Positions 1 to 8,469 of a DNA stretch of 64,000 nucleotides are shown here, piece by piece. Both the position numbers and the translations under genes were made by a program. The DNA comes from a virus (taxonomy: Duplodnaviria > Caudoviricetes), in IMG/VR virus record IMGVR_UViG_2772190730_000001, positions 1-64,000 of that record. The stretch is one strand, 5' to 3'. Within the stretch, counting starts at the first letter, position 1; each line of letters begins with the position of its first letter. A model generated the notes under the pieces. The model saw only the letters and a list, made by a program, of their open reading frames with translations. It searched no databases and was not told where the DNA came from.

Positions 1-1677
1 TCAGGCGATGAAGTTCTTGAGCTCGGTGACGAGCTTGCGGATGTGCCCGGAGAGCACGGGCGTTCCCAGGTCCTTGAAGCGCTGCCGGAACCACGGGTAG
101 ACGCTCTGTGAGCCGGAGCTGCTGACCGACCCGACCGGGATGAACCGCACCCCGGACCGGTGCACGGCCTCGATCTGCTCGTACAGCTGCTGGGCGTTGT
201 ACTCGTAGTAGTCCGAGATCCAGACGATCACGGTGTTGCGCGGGTCGGCGATCTTGGGCCGGGCCAGGGCCATCGCGGCCGTGCCGTCGGTGCCCCCGCC
301 GAGCTGGGTCCGCAGCAATACCTCGAACGGGTCGTGCACCCAGGGCGTGAGGTCGAGAGCCCGCGTGTCGTAGGCGATCAGGTGCACGTCGACCTTGGGC
401 AGACCGGCGAAGATCGAGGCCAGGATGGTGCAGTTGACCATCGAGTCGACCATCGACCCGGACTGGTCCACCACCACGATCAGCCGGGCCGGGGTGACCC
501 GCTTGGCGGTCTGACGGTAGAACAACCGGTCGACGTAGAGCTTCTCGTCCTCAGGGTTCCAGTTCGGCAGGTTCTTCCAGATCGTGCGATCCAGGTCGAG
601 ATTGCGGAACACCCGCTTCGGCGGGATCGAGCGGTCGATGGTGCCCGCGCTGGCCTGCGCCACCTGCGTTTTCAGGACCTCGGCCACCTCATCGACGAAT
701 CTGCGGATCAGGGCCTTGGCGTTGGCCAGCGCAACTCCGTCAAGGTTGCCCTTGTCGCGCAGCAACTGCTCGATGAGCGACATGCTGGGCGTGAGCTGCC
801 GGGCCAGGCGGGGGTCGGCCAGCACCTCGCGCAACTGCATGCGGCGCACCAGGTCGCCCTCGATGTCGGCCAGGACCGGGCCGAGCCTGCCCGGGCCACC
901 CGGCCCGTTCCCGGCTCCCTTGCCGCGCATCTCGCCGGGATCGAATCCGCAGGCCTTCTCGAACCAGTTGGCGTCGGACTGCCAGCGGGCCAATTGGCCG
1001 GCGGTGACATTGCCGCTGCCGGTGGCGAAGACGTTGAGGAGGAGCTTCGAGACCAGAGCAGCTCGACGGACCTCGTCCTGCTGGTCGTCGGGCCGAACCT
1101 GACTGCGGGCCAGTGCATCGTTCGTGGCCTGATCTGCCGCAGCGCCATCACTGGACGAGGGCCCCGCATCCGGGGTGGTCTCCTCAGAGGCACCAGTCCC
1201 GGGTGAGGAAGCGATGGTTGGGTGGTCCTGGCCGGCGGCACCTTCTACGACCGGGTCGGATTGGGACGCGGGCAGGGATGCTGATGCCTTCGACGTGCCT
1301 GTCGGGGGCGCCACCGCGCTGTTCGGCGCAGGAGTGTTCGCTGACCCGAGCGCCAGGCCGGCCCCGCTCTCGGTTAGGTCGCTTTCGGGCTCGGCGGTGA
1401 GCAGTCCTTGGAACTCCGCTTTCAGGTGGGGAAAGCGCTGGACCAGGTTGTCCACCGACGTCGTCGGGTCGAGCAGAGCCGCGGGCAAGCCGAGGTCATC
1501 GACCACGGCAACGCTTGCCGTCTCCAGCGCCAGCTGCTCATCCGGGTCGAAAAGGCGTGCCAGCAGGCGCCAGTAGAGCACCTGACGCCGGTTCTCGGCG
1601 GCGGTGTCGCGGCTGTCTGCCGGGTGGGAATCTGGCGTTTCGGCGGGGTTCGCTGGATCGGACGAACGTTCGTTCAT
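1..1677 (-). CDS. VWA domain-containing protein
   Basis: MIDAS motif DQSGSM and a GGGTD motif near the C-terminus. ATG at 1677 overlaps the upstream TGA (ATGA). Confidence 0.85.
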   Translation of the reverse strand: MNERSSDPANPAETPDSHPADSRDTAAENRRQVLYWRLLARLFDPDEQLALETASVAVVDDLGLPAALLDPTTSVDNLVQRFPHLKAEFQGLLTAEPESDLTESGAGLALGSANTPAPNSAVAPPTGTSKASASLPASQSDPVVEGAAGQDHPTIASSPGTGASEETTPDAGPSSSDGAAADQATNDALARSQVRPDDQQDEVRRAALVSKLLLNVFATGSGNVTAGQLARWQSDANWFEKACGFDPGEMRGKGAGNGPGGPGRLGPVLADIEGDLVRRMQLREVLADPRLARQLTPSMSLIEQLLRDKGNLDGVALANAKALIRRFVDEVAEVLKTQVAQASAGTIDRSIPPKRVFRNLDLDRTIWKNLPNWNPEDEKLYVDRLFYRQTAKRVTPARLIVVVDQSGSMVDSMVNCTILASIFAGLPKVDVHLIAYDTRALDLTPWVHDPFEVLLRTQLGGGTDGTAAMALARPKIADPRNTVIVWISDYYEYNAQQLYEQIEAVHRSGVRFIPVGSVSSSGSQSVYPWFRQRFKDLGTPVLSGHIRKLVTELKNFIA

Positions 1678-3020
1678 TTCCGCAGCAACCTTCCCGCTCG
1701 CTCCCGCAGCACCTCGACGGCTTGCCCGGCCGTGGCCTCGGCCTTGGCGGCTTTGGCCTCGGTCGGGCCCAGCGCCCAGTCGGCGGTGTGCACCGCGACG
1801 GACTTCTTGCGCACGGTGGCCTGTACGGCCAGAGGCCGGATGGACCAGCCGGCAGCGTCGTACCGGAGGAGCCCGATGCAAGCTGACGATGCCGAAACCA
1901 GGGCCGGGGTGAGCGGTCCAGCAGCGGGCAGCGGATCGACGGGGAGGACCGAGCCGCCAAGGTCCAGACCGGCTGGACCGGCTTTGTAGCCTTCCAGAAG
2001 AACCGGTTCCGCGATGACGGCGGGGTGCCGGTCGAGCGGAGCGACGGATGAGGCGAGTGCGCTGCCCAGCCGAACCCGAGCCGTAGCGAACGGATCGGCC
2101 ACTTCACCAGCGGCGGCGCGCGACTCGTCCCACATCAGATCTCCGGAGACGCTCAGCAGCATGCCGGTGAGTTCGAGGACTCGTTGGCCCGCGAGCGCGC
2201 TGAGCAGAACCGGGAAGCCCGACAGAAGGCGCCAGACCGACGGCCCGGTGATGGTGTCGACCTTGCCGGCCGCCAACGCGGTTCGCACCAGACGGACCTC
2301 GTCGCCGGTCTCCAGCAGGCCGTGCACCTGCACCTGGAACGCGGTTGGGTGCTCGCGCAGATCGGCGCCGAGGATCAGGAAGCGGCCGTCGATCGGGGTG
2401 AGCGGCGCCTGCACCTGACTCATCAGCAACGCCCGGCTCCACAGGTCGGCCCAGCGTCGGGCTGGGACCTGAGGCTGGGTTGCCACGGGGGCGGCCGCCC
2501 GTAGCTCGGCCGCAAGGCCGTCGATCAGCACGGCCATGCGGCGATGCTGCGGATCCTCGAGGAGCCCGGGCACGGCACGGGCACCAGCTGCGGCAACTTC
2601 GTGATCCACGCCGCGCCAGCCGACGATCGCCAGTTCCCGCAGCCAGGAACGGATTCCGGCGGGAACCGAGGTTTTCGCAACCACATCGGCCGGGTAGGGC
2701 TCCCTGGTTCGCCCAGTTGCCGCGTCCACCATTGAAAGAAGGGAATCGTGGGCTGCTCCGAACAGGGCTGATCGGGCGCCGGCCAGAGCGAGAAGGTGCT
2801 CGTCGGTGACCGATCCCGCCTCGATCTTGCCGACCGCGGCGCCCACCGGCTCGGCCAGGGGCGAACCGGCGAAGACCGCGGCCAGGTCGGCCAGCGCCTC
2901 CAGATGGGTCTCGTCCGGACGGCCCAGGCCATGGACGAGTGCGTCGTCCAGCCCATTGACCAGGGACAATGCTTCGGGCAGCCCTTCCGGCGAGGTGCTC
3001 AGGGCCTCGGCCAGGATCAC
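1674..3020 (-). CDS. Conserved actinobacterial hypothetical protein of the VWA/MoxR-type operon
   Basis: 448-aa ORF with GTGA/ATGA overlaps on both sides and host-like codon usage. Confidence 0.7.
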   Translation of the reverse strand: MILAEALSTSPEGLPEALSLVNGLDDALVHGLGRPDETHLEALADLAAVFAGSPLAEPVGAAVGKIEAGSVTDEHLLALAGARSALFGAAHDSLLSMVDAATGRTREPYPADVVAKTSVPAGIRSWLRELAIVGWRGVDHEVAAAGARAVPGLLEDPQHRRMAVLIDGLAAELRAAAPVATQPQVPARRWADLWSRALLMSQVQAPLTPIDGRFLILGADLREHPTAFQVQVHGLLETGDEVRLVRTALAAGKVDTITGPSVWRLLSGFPVLLSALAGQRVLELTGMLLSVSGDLMWDESRAAAGEVADPFATARVRLGSALASSVAPLDRHPAVIAEPVLLEGYKAGPAGLDLGGSVLPVDPLPAAGPLTPALVSASSACIGLLRYDAAGWSIRPLAVQATVRKKSVAVHTADWALGPTEAKAAKAEATAGQAVEVLRERAGRLLRK

Positions 3021-3511
3021 GGCTGAGCCGGCCCGGCCGGGAACCACTGCAGCTCGGGCAGGGGTTCGGTGCTCACGGGGATCTCCAGATACGCGAGATG
3101 ACGAAGGAAGCTGCTGAAGACCTCGGCTGCGTGCCCGGGTGCGCTGGTGGGGTGCAGGCCGCCGAACAGCGGCTCACCCTCGGCGACCTCGATGCTCAGG
3201 TAGCGCGCCACCTGTGTCGCCCCGAACTGTTTTTCGGCCTCGGCCAGCAGCAGTTCGATGTGCTTGCACGAGCTCCGGCCGTTCAGCCCACCGCACGGCC
3301 GGTTGTTGTTGGTCGAGCAGCTCAGACCGTGGTCCCCGGCCGAGATGGACGAGACGTACACCCGCTCGATGTCGGAGCCGCTGGACACAACTCCCTGCAA
3401 GCGTCCGTCGGTCAACTCAAGGAACGGCACCTTCGCCAGCTTGCGCGGATGGATCGGCGCGACTTGCGGCACCGTGCTGGCCCGCGCTGGATCGGTCTGG
3501 TGCTTCTCCAC
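3017..3511 (-). CDS. Small Cys/His (SWIM-like zinc finger) protein
   Basis: CSTNNNRPC...CKH motif; translationally coupled to the next gene. Confidence 0.65.
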   Translation of the reverse strand: MEKHQTDPARASTVPQVAPIHPRKLAKVPFLELTDGRLQGVVSSGSDIERVYVSSISAGDHGLSCSTNNNRPCGGLNGRSSCKHIELLLAEAEKQFGATQVARYLSIEVAEGEPLFGGLHPTSAPGHAAEVFSSFLRHLAYLEIPVSTEPLPELQWFPAGPAQP

Positions 3512-3587
3512 AGTGCCGCCCTCCCTGGCCCCGGCGCCTCCGGGTGATGGGAGAAGTTCTACTGGAAGGCACCGACAATCTTGGCCC

Positions 3588-4127
3588 CTAGTCCGCGTGC
3601 ACGACCGTGAACGGCGGACGGACGTCCCCAGTCAGCTCGACCGCCGCCTCGAGAGCCATCACGGCACGATTGTGGGCGTCGATCGGGGACTTTGCCGTCG
3701 AGTGCAGCGACCCCAGCGCAACCAGGTACCCCGAGCCAACCGCGGCGTACCCCGCAATGGTGTGCCCGACCTGGTAGTCCGAGTCGACGACGTACAGACG
3801 TCCACGGATGCCGACCAGGAACTGGCCGCCCTCCTCCCTGCCGTCCTCCGTACGCGCGTATCCGCCCTCGATCAGGCACTGCCGTACCGCGTCGATGAAC
3901 GTCGTCGCCATGAAGCGATCGACGTCCCACGTGTCCGGCTCGCCGACGGTAAGGGAGTACCGCAGGAGCTGGCCCATCCGATAGCTCGTCGTGAAGCCCA
4001 TGAGGTAGGGGCCGACCTGGAACACCTTCGAGTCCGAGCGCACCGCGACGTGCCAGCCATCGCTACCGGCGGAGTCCCCACCGATGGTTACCGTGTGGCC
4101 GTCTGTGATGCCGACGATGCACGTCAC
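3588..4127 (-). CDS. Proteasome-beta/HslV-like N-terminal threonine (Ntn) protease
   Basis: GTG start at 4127 gives (M)TCIVG; after Met removal Thr1, Asp17 and Lys33 are present, plus a later GSG motif. Confidence 0.7.
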   Translation of the reverse strand: MTCIVGITDGHTVTIGGDSAGSDGWHVAVRSDSKVFQVGPYLMGFTTSYRMGQLLRYSLTVGEPDTWDVDRFMATTFIDAVRQCLIEGGYARTEDGREEGGQFLVGIRGRLYVVDSDYQVGHTIAGYAAVGSGYLVALGSLHSTAKSPIDAHNRAVMALEAAVELTGDVRPPFTVVHAD

Positions 4128-4248
4128 TTCGTGATTCTCCCCTTTGGGTAGTTGCTCCGAGGGGACCACAGCGTACGCATTCTTTGGAGCCCGCACAGGC
4201 TGCGCGGCGGAGACGAACTCCGCGAATTCACTGACTTTGAGAACAGTT

Positions 4249-4756
4249 TCAAAGTAGCCGGTCCGCGGCCACCAACAGCCATCGTTGCTGCGGTCCGAGC
4301 TCGAAACGCTCCCTACCGTCCGACATGCGTTCCCGAAGGAAGTCACCCAACTCAATCACGGACGTCCATTGGTCCAGGTAGGTAGACAGGTCTTGGTGGG
4401 CGAGAGTGAAGGGCGTGCCTCCGTAGGCCCAATAGAACAGTGCACCGCCGGTGTCGTTCCCCGGGCGCAGAAGGTCCGCGAAGGTTGAAGCCGTGGCTCC
4501 GGTAGGCGATGGGGAAGAGCAGCCGGGGCCTGCCGGTCGGGGGTAGGCCGGCAGCGACCCAGGCGGCCTCGAAGCGCTCAATGGCTTGGTCGATACCCAC
4601 GCCGTCCGCATCGGGCCGCCGAGCAGACTGCTTGACCCCGCGTGTTGCCCGCGCTGCGTCACCGACGACTAGCTCACCGTCGCAACATCCCTCTGTCCGT
4701 GACACGGATGGGACACTTTTGGCCTTCGTGAGGCATCCGACCGGGGAGTAGCCCAA
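4249..4756 (-). pseudogene. Frameshifted SMI1/KNR4(SUKH)-like immunity protein remnant
   Basis: LLFPIAYRSHGF (ORF 4352-4756) continues as TFADL...ALFYWAYGGTPF...TYLDQWTSVIELGDF in another frame (ORF 4249-4662); shift near 4485. Confidence 0.4.
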
Positions 4757-4863
4757 CCGTTCGGCCTACCGCACGGTAATCTGTCGGAGGGATTGCGCCT
4801 CGGTCGCCTGCCGACCGGCCCTCCCTCCCCTAGCCTTGGGGGAGCGGGTCGGCGTCGTCCCAA

Positions 4864-4939
4864 GGGCCTCTAGCTCAACCGGCAGAGCAGCGGACTTTTA
4901 ATCCGCGGGTTCGGGGTTCGATCCCCCGGGGGCCCACCA
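4864..4939 (+). tRNA. tRNA-Lys (anticodon UUU)
   Basis: Full cloverleaf: acceptor GGGCCTC/GGGGCCC, D arm GCTC/GAGC, anticodon loop CTTTTAA, T loop TTCGATC, encoded CCA. Possible -10 TAATCT at 4777-4782. Confidence 0.97.
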
Positions 4940-5081
4940 ACAGCTTTACCCGCCTGACCAGGCAGAACTCGGCCTGGCAGGAGGCGCCGGCCAGGTCACG
5001 ATCGCCAGGTTGGTCACCGACTGGTCACACGGCGCACGGCGAACGCCCGCCGGACGGGGCCGCCCGGTGACCAGCCTGGGG

Positions 5082-5327
5082 TCACAGATACGGCCAGGAC
5101 ACCCACCACACCCCGGCCACGATGGCGGCCAGGGCCACGCCGACCCCCAGCAGGAACCACCGGGTCCGCCGACGCCACTCCCGATCGGCCACCCGGTCAT
5201 CCACCCGCTGCGACCCGGTCCTGCCCTCCAGCACCTCGGCCGTCCGATGGGACCGGCCGCGGTGCGGCGACGCCGGTGGGTGGAGCAGGTCCTCCCACCG
5301 CTCGTCGCTCACCGGGCGCTCGGCCAC
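5082..5327 (-). CDS. Small membrane protein (lysis cassette)
   Basis: C-terminal TM helix WFLLGVGVALAAIVAGVWWV preceded by a basic stretch. Confidence 0.55.
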   Translation of the reverse strand: MAERPVSDERWEDLLHPPASPHRGRSHRTAEVLEGRTGSQRVDDRVADREWRRRTRWFLLGVGVALAAIVAGVWWVSWPYL

Positions 5328-5329
5328 CG

Positions 5330-5749
5330 CTACCGCGGATCCAGCACCGCAGTGACGCCCTGGGCTACCCGCGGGGCCGGTCCGTTCGCCACCACGCCCG
5401 CGCTGGTCCAGGCCAGGATCTGCGTCAGCACCAGCAGGCCCTCAGCCATGCTGATCTGCCCGTCGGTCACCGCGGCCACGATGGCCTGCCCGATCGCCGC
5501 AGCCAGCGAAGCGACCAGCTTGGCCACCGCGTTGCTCGGGAAGAACGTGCCGGCCGCACCCGCGATCGCCAGGAGCGCGCTGATCCACGTCACCCCGGAC
5601 GTGATCCGGCCGCCGGCGTCCGCCGCGTTCGACAGCACCATCACCCCGGCCAGCAGCACCGGGCCCAGGCTGATCACGAACTTGCGCAGGTACGCGACCT
5701 GCAGCTCGTACCGGGTGGGGGTCGGGGACAGAGAATCGATCGTCGTCAT
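5330..5749 (-). CDS. Putative holin
   Basis: 139 aa with about four hydrophobic helices, located in the lysis cassette. Confidence 0.65.
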   Translation of the reverse strand: MTTIDSLSPTPTRYELQVAYLRKFVISLGPVLLAGVMVLSNAADAGGRITSGVTWISALLAIAGAAGTFFPSNAVAKLVASLAAAIGQAIVAAVTDGQISMAEGLLVLTQILAWTSAGVVANGPAPRVAQGVTAVLDPR

Positions 5750-5979
5750 GGCATGGTCTCCGGATTCTGTTCGGTCAAGCGGGGAATGAGCGCCGCCCGG
5801 ACGGCGGCGTCCTTCGCCTCCAGGAGGTGCTGGAGGCAGGCAACGAGCTGGGTGTTCGCCGGCAGCAGCTCGGCCGACTGATGCGCGAGGTCGCAGTACG
5901 GCTTGCTGACCGCCTGCAGATGGTCGTCGAGGTGCTCGTACGTGAAGAACAGCAGCAGCTCGGTGGTCTGCTCTTGCAT
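5746..5979 (-). CDS. Small helical phage protein, possibly Acb2/Tad1-hairpin-like
   Basis: FFTYEHL..HLQAVSKP..DLA.....LP......LQHLLEAKDAAVRA pattern; ATGA-type coupling to the holin. Confidence 0.6.
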   Translation of the reverse strand: MQEQTTELLLFFTYEHLDDHLQAVSKPYCDLAHQSAELLPANTQLVACLQHLLEAKDAAVRAALIPRLTEQNPETMP

Positions 5980-5997
5980 GCCGGACTCACTCTCAGG

Positions 5998-6423
5998 TCA
6001 GGGTTTCGGCGTGGCCTTCGTGAGCGGCCGCGGCGGGATGAGGTTCTGGAAGTCCGCCGGGATCCACGTCGAGAACGCGACCGAATCGCAGTGCTCGGCG
6101 TGATAGGCCGCCCGGGCGTACGCGATGTTGAAAGCCCCACGGTCCGTGGTGGTCGGCGGTGCACCCGGCGGGCCAATCGTCCCTGCGTACTGCCGGCAAG
6201 CCGTCACGTGCGTCGCCGCCTTCGCCGCCTCGGCCGCTGCGATCACCGCGGACTGCCGAGCATCACGGCGTCCCTGGGCAGCTGTCTGCTGCACCGACGT
6301 ATTCAGGGCAATCACCGAGATGGTCAGAGCCGTCACGCCAATCAGGCAGCCCAGCACGCCGATCAGAGACACGATCCCCGTGGGCACCGACCACCAATGC
6401 CGTGACCGGCTCGAGCCGGTCAC
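5998..6423 (-). CDS. Membrane-anchored lysis-cassette protein
   Basis: GTG start at 6423 overlaps the upstream TGA; N-terminal TM segment. Confidence 0.6.
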   Translation of the reverse strand: MTGSSRSRHWWSVPTGIVSLIGVLGCLIGVTALTISVIALNTSVQQTAAQGRRDARQSAVIAAAEAAKAATHVTACRQYAGTIGPPGAPPTTTDRGAFNIAYARAAYHAEHCDSVAFSTWIPADFQNLIPPRPLTKATPKP

Positions 6424-6716
6424 GGGCGCCTCTTCGACAGGGCTTGCTGCCACAGCTCTTGGTACCGATCCCGGTCCGCCCGGAGCCGATCCATCTCCGT
6501 GTCCTTCGCGTCCACCAGGTCGTTCCATCGCTTGTCCATCCGCTCTTTCTCGTCGCGCTCGGCCTCGGCCTCCCGCTCGGCGGCTTCCTTCTGCGCCTCG
6601 GCCGTCTTCGTACGGCGCTCGGCCCGCTGGGCCCGCACACCCAGGACGACCGTCGCCGCGACCGTCAAGAGCGTTCCGGCCAGACCGATCAGTGCGATCC
6701 AGATGGTCTTGTCCAC
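6420..6716 (-). CDS. Membrane protein with coiled coil (lysis cassette)
   Basis: N-terminal TM then charged coiled coil, as typical near actinophage lysins. Confidence 0.7.
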   Translation of the reverse strand: MDKTIWIALIGLAGTLLTVAATVVLGVRAQRAERRTKTAEAQKEAAEREAEAERDEKERMDKRWNDLVDAKDTEMDRLRADRDRYQELWQQALSKRRP

Positions 6717-6761
6717 CTGCCCCTCCCAGGAGCTCGAGGGGGTCAGGGTCGAAAGTTGTTG

Positions 6762-7334
6762 TCACGTCGAGTAGGACCAGCCGCGGTTGGGGCCGGTGTC
6801 GCCGTGCCGGACCAGCCGGGCCGGGTTCGCGCCCAGGCCGCCGGGCTTGAAGATGCCGCGGTCGGTGAACCAGGCCACCGACCGGGCCGGCGCGAAGTCG
6901 CTCGCCTTCCCCAGCTTGTGCTGGGAGTGCAGCGCCCCCTTCACCGCGCGGTTGTGTTCCTCGCACCGGCACCCGGACACGATGGAGATACCCAGCCCGG
7001 ACTCGGCCCGGTACCGCTCCATCTGCCGGATCGTCGACCGCTGGATCCAGATCCGCGCGCACGAGGAGTACCGGCCGCCGCACTTACACCGGAACTCGAT
7101 GAAGCTGAAATGCGCACTGGCCGTCGGCTTCCCAGCCCGGCGGCGCGACTCCGAGATCCGCAGAGCGGCCGAGGTCAGCGGGCCCGGCACGCCGTCCGCT
7201 TTTAGCGACGGCCCGAGGTTCCAGGCCAGCTGGAAGTTCCGGATCGCCTGCCGCCGCTCACCGGCCGTGCGGATCCGCCAGCCCAGGTTCTCGAGGATCG
7301 CCTCGACCTGGTTGAGGGTCAGGGTGTCAGTCAT
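6762..7334 (-). CDS. Endolysin, peptidase M15A-like with N-terminal PG-binding-like segment
   Basis: EFRCKCG, SGCRCEEHN, SQHKLGKASD and RHGD zinc-peptidase motifs. Confidence 0.8.
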   Translation of the reverse strand: MTDTLTLNQVEAILENLGWRIRTAGERRQAIRNFQLAWNLGPSLKADGVPGPLTSAALRISESRRRAGKPTASAHFSFIEFRCKCGGRYSSCARIWIQRSTIRQMERYRAESGLGISIVSGCRCEEHNRAVKGALHSQHKLGKASDFAPARSVAWFTDRGIFKPGGLGANPARLVRHGDTGPNRGWSYST

Positions 7335-7596
7335 CTGCTCGGTCCCCGATCTCCTGCAGCAGGGCCAGGTCGGCGCCTTCGTCGAACTCGAGGCCGTCGA
7401 GGGCATCGGCGCTCGGCTGCACCGGGCCACCGGAAAGGTCGGCGTCCGGCGCCTCCACGGGCGGCAGGCCCTGGTCGTCGTCATCGGGTCGGGCCGCCCA
7501 GCCCTCCGGCTCCGGGCTCAGGTCCATCGGCACCAGCGAGCTGGCCACCGTTCCGAACCGGTCCGGGCCATCCCCGGGATCGGGTGTCTGGGTCAT
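7327..7596 (-). CDS. Small acidic hypothetical protein
   Basis: 89 aa, coupled to both flanking lysin genes. Confidence 0.55.
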   Translation of the reverse strand: MTQTPDPGDGPDRFGTVASSLVPMDLSPEPEGWAARPDDDDQGLPPVEAPDADLSGGPVQPSADALDGLEFDEGADLALLQEIGDRADD

Positions 7597-8360
7597 CGCT
7601 TCGCTTCCTCCCACGCTTGATGGACCTTCGTCACATAGGCGAGGGGATCAGGGTCGGTCCCCGGGATCCCGCTCTCAGCCCATTCCTTCGCCGCCCTCGG
7701 GGAGTTATGCGCGGCGACCGCCAGCTCCCACGCATCCATCCCCGGGCGCGCCACCCGCGCGAGTTCCTGGCGGTGCCCGATCAAGTCCTTCGCCGTCCAC
7801 TCCAGCGCCCACTCAAAATCGGTGGCCTGCTCAACCGTCACGCCCGGGTGCGCCGCCCGGTTGATCTGGCAGATCCCCGTATCCGCAGGGGTCTTCACAC
7901 CGACCGCGGCCGGATCCCACTGGCTCTCGGCCCCGACAATCCCGCCCAGGCACCAGGCCGGCACGCCCCACGACATCGCCGTGGACACCACGATCGGGAC
8001 CACCACCGCACGGACCGTCTTCGGACCGCAGATGCCGTCCTCGGTCAGCCGCCACCGGGCCTGGATCGCACGGAACGCGTCGCCGGTCCGCGGCCCCACC
8101 TGCCCGGTCAAGGCCAGGGCAGCTGTGCCGAGCTGCAGTTCGTTGGCCCGCTTCTGCAGCGCCCGCACACCGGCCGTGACCACGACCTCGTTGTACGTCG
8201 CCCCTTGGGCCAGGCCGGCCGCACCGACCAGGACCTCACCCGCAGACGCCGCGCGGTAGTAGCCGCCACGGCCATGCTCCCCGGGCCGGGGCGGCAGCAG
8301 GCCGCCGAGCTCACTCCAGAAGCCACGTCCAGGCTGCTTCGGCGTGGGTGTCTGGCTCAT
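7593..8360 (-). CDS. Endolysin: PG-binding domain plus lytic transglycosylase (SLT)
   Basis: LTEDGICGPKT PG-binding motif; AESQWDP catalytic Glu and GICQIN; GGAGAG RBS. Confidence 0.8.
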   Translation of the reverse strand: MSQTPTPKQPGRGFWSELGGLLPPRPGEHGRGGYYRAASAGEVLVGAAGLAQGATYNEVVVTAGVRALQKRANELQLGTAALALTGQVGPRTGDAFRAIQARWRLTEDGICGPKTVRAVVVPIVVSTAMSWGVPAWCLGGIVGAESQWDPAAVGVKTPADTGICQINRAAHPGVTVEQATDFEWALEWTAKDLIGHRQELARVARPGMDAWELAVAAHNSPRAAKEWAESGIPGTDPDPLAYVTKVHQAWEEAKR

Positions 8361-8380
8361 GGCGGGCTCTCCGGCGGTCG

Positions 8381-8420
8381 CATAGAAAGAGGCTATCTGC
8401 TCTATCGGATATTACTATCG
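8381..8420. promoter_or_regulatory. AT-rich divergent promoter with three CTATC direct repeats
   Basis: CTATC at 8393, 8402 and 8415; minus-strand TAATAT (8414-8409) and plus-strand TACTAT (8413-8418). Confidence 0.45.
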
Positions 8421-8469
8421 CCGCTGGTAGAACCGTGTTACCGCGCCGTCGCAACAAGAGGGACGAACC

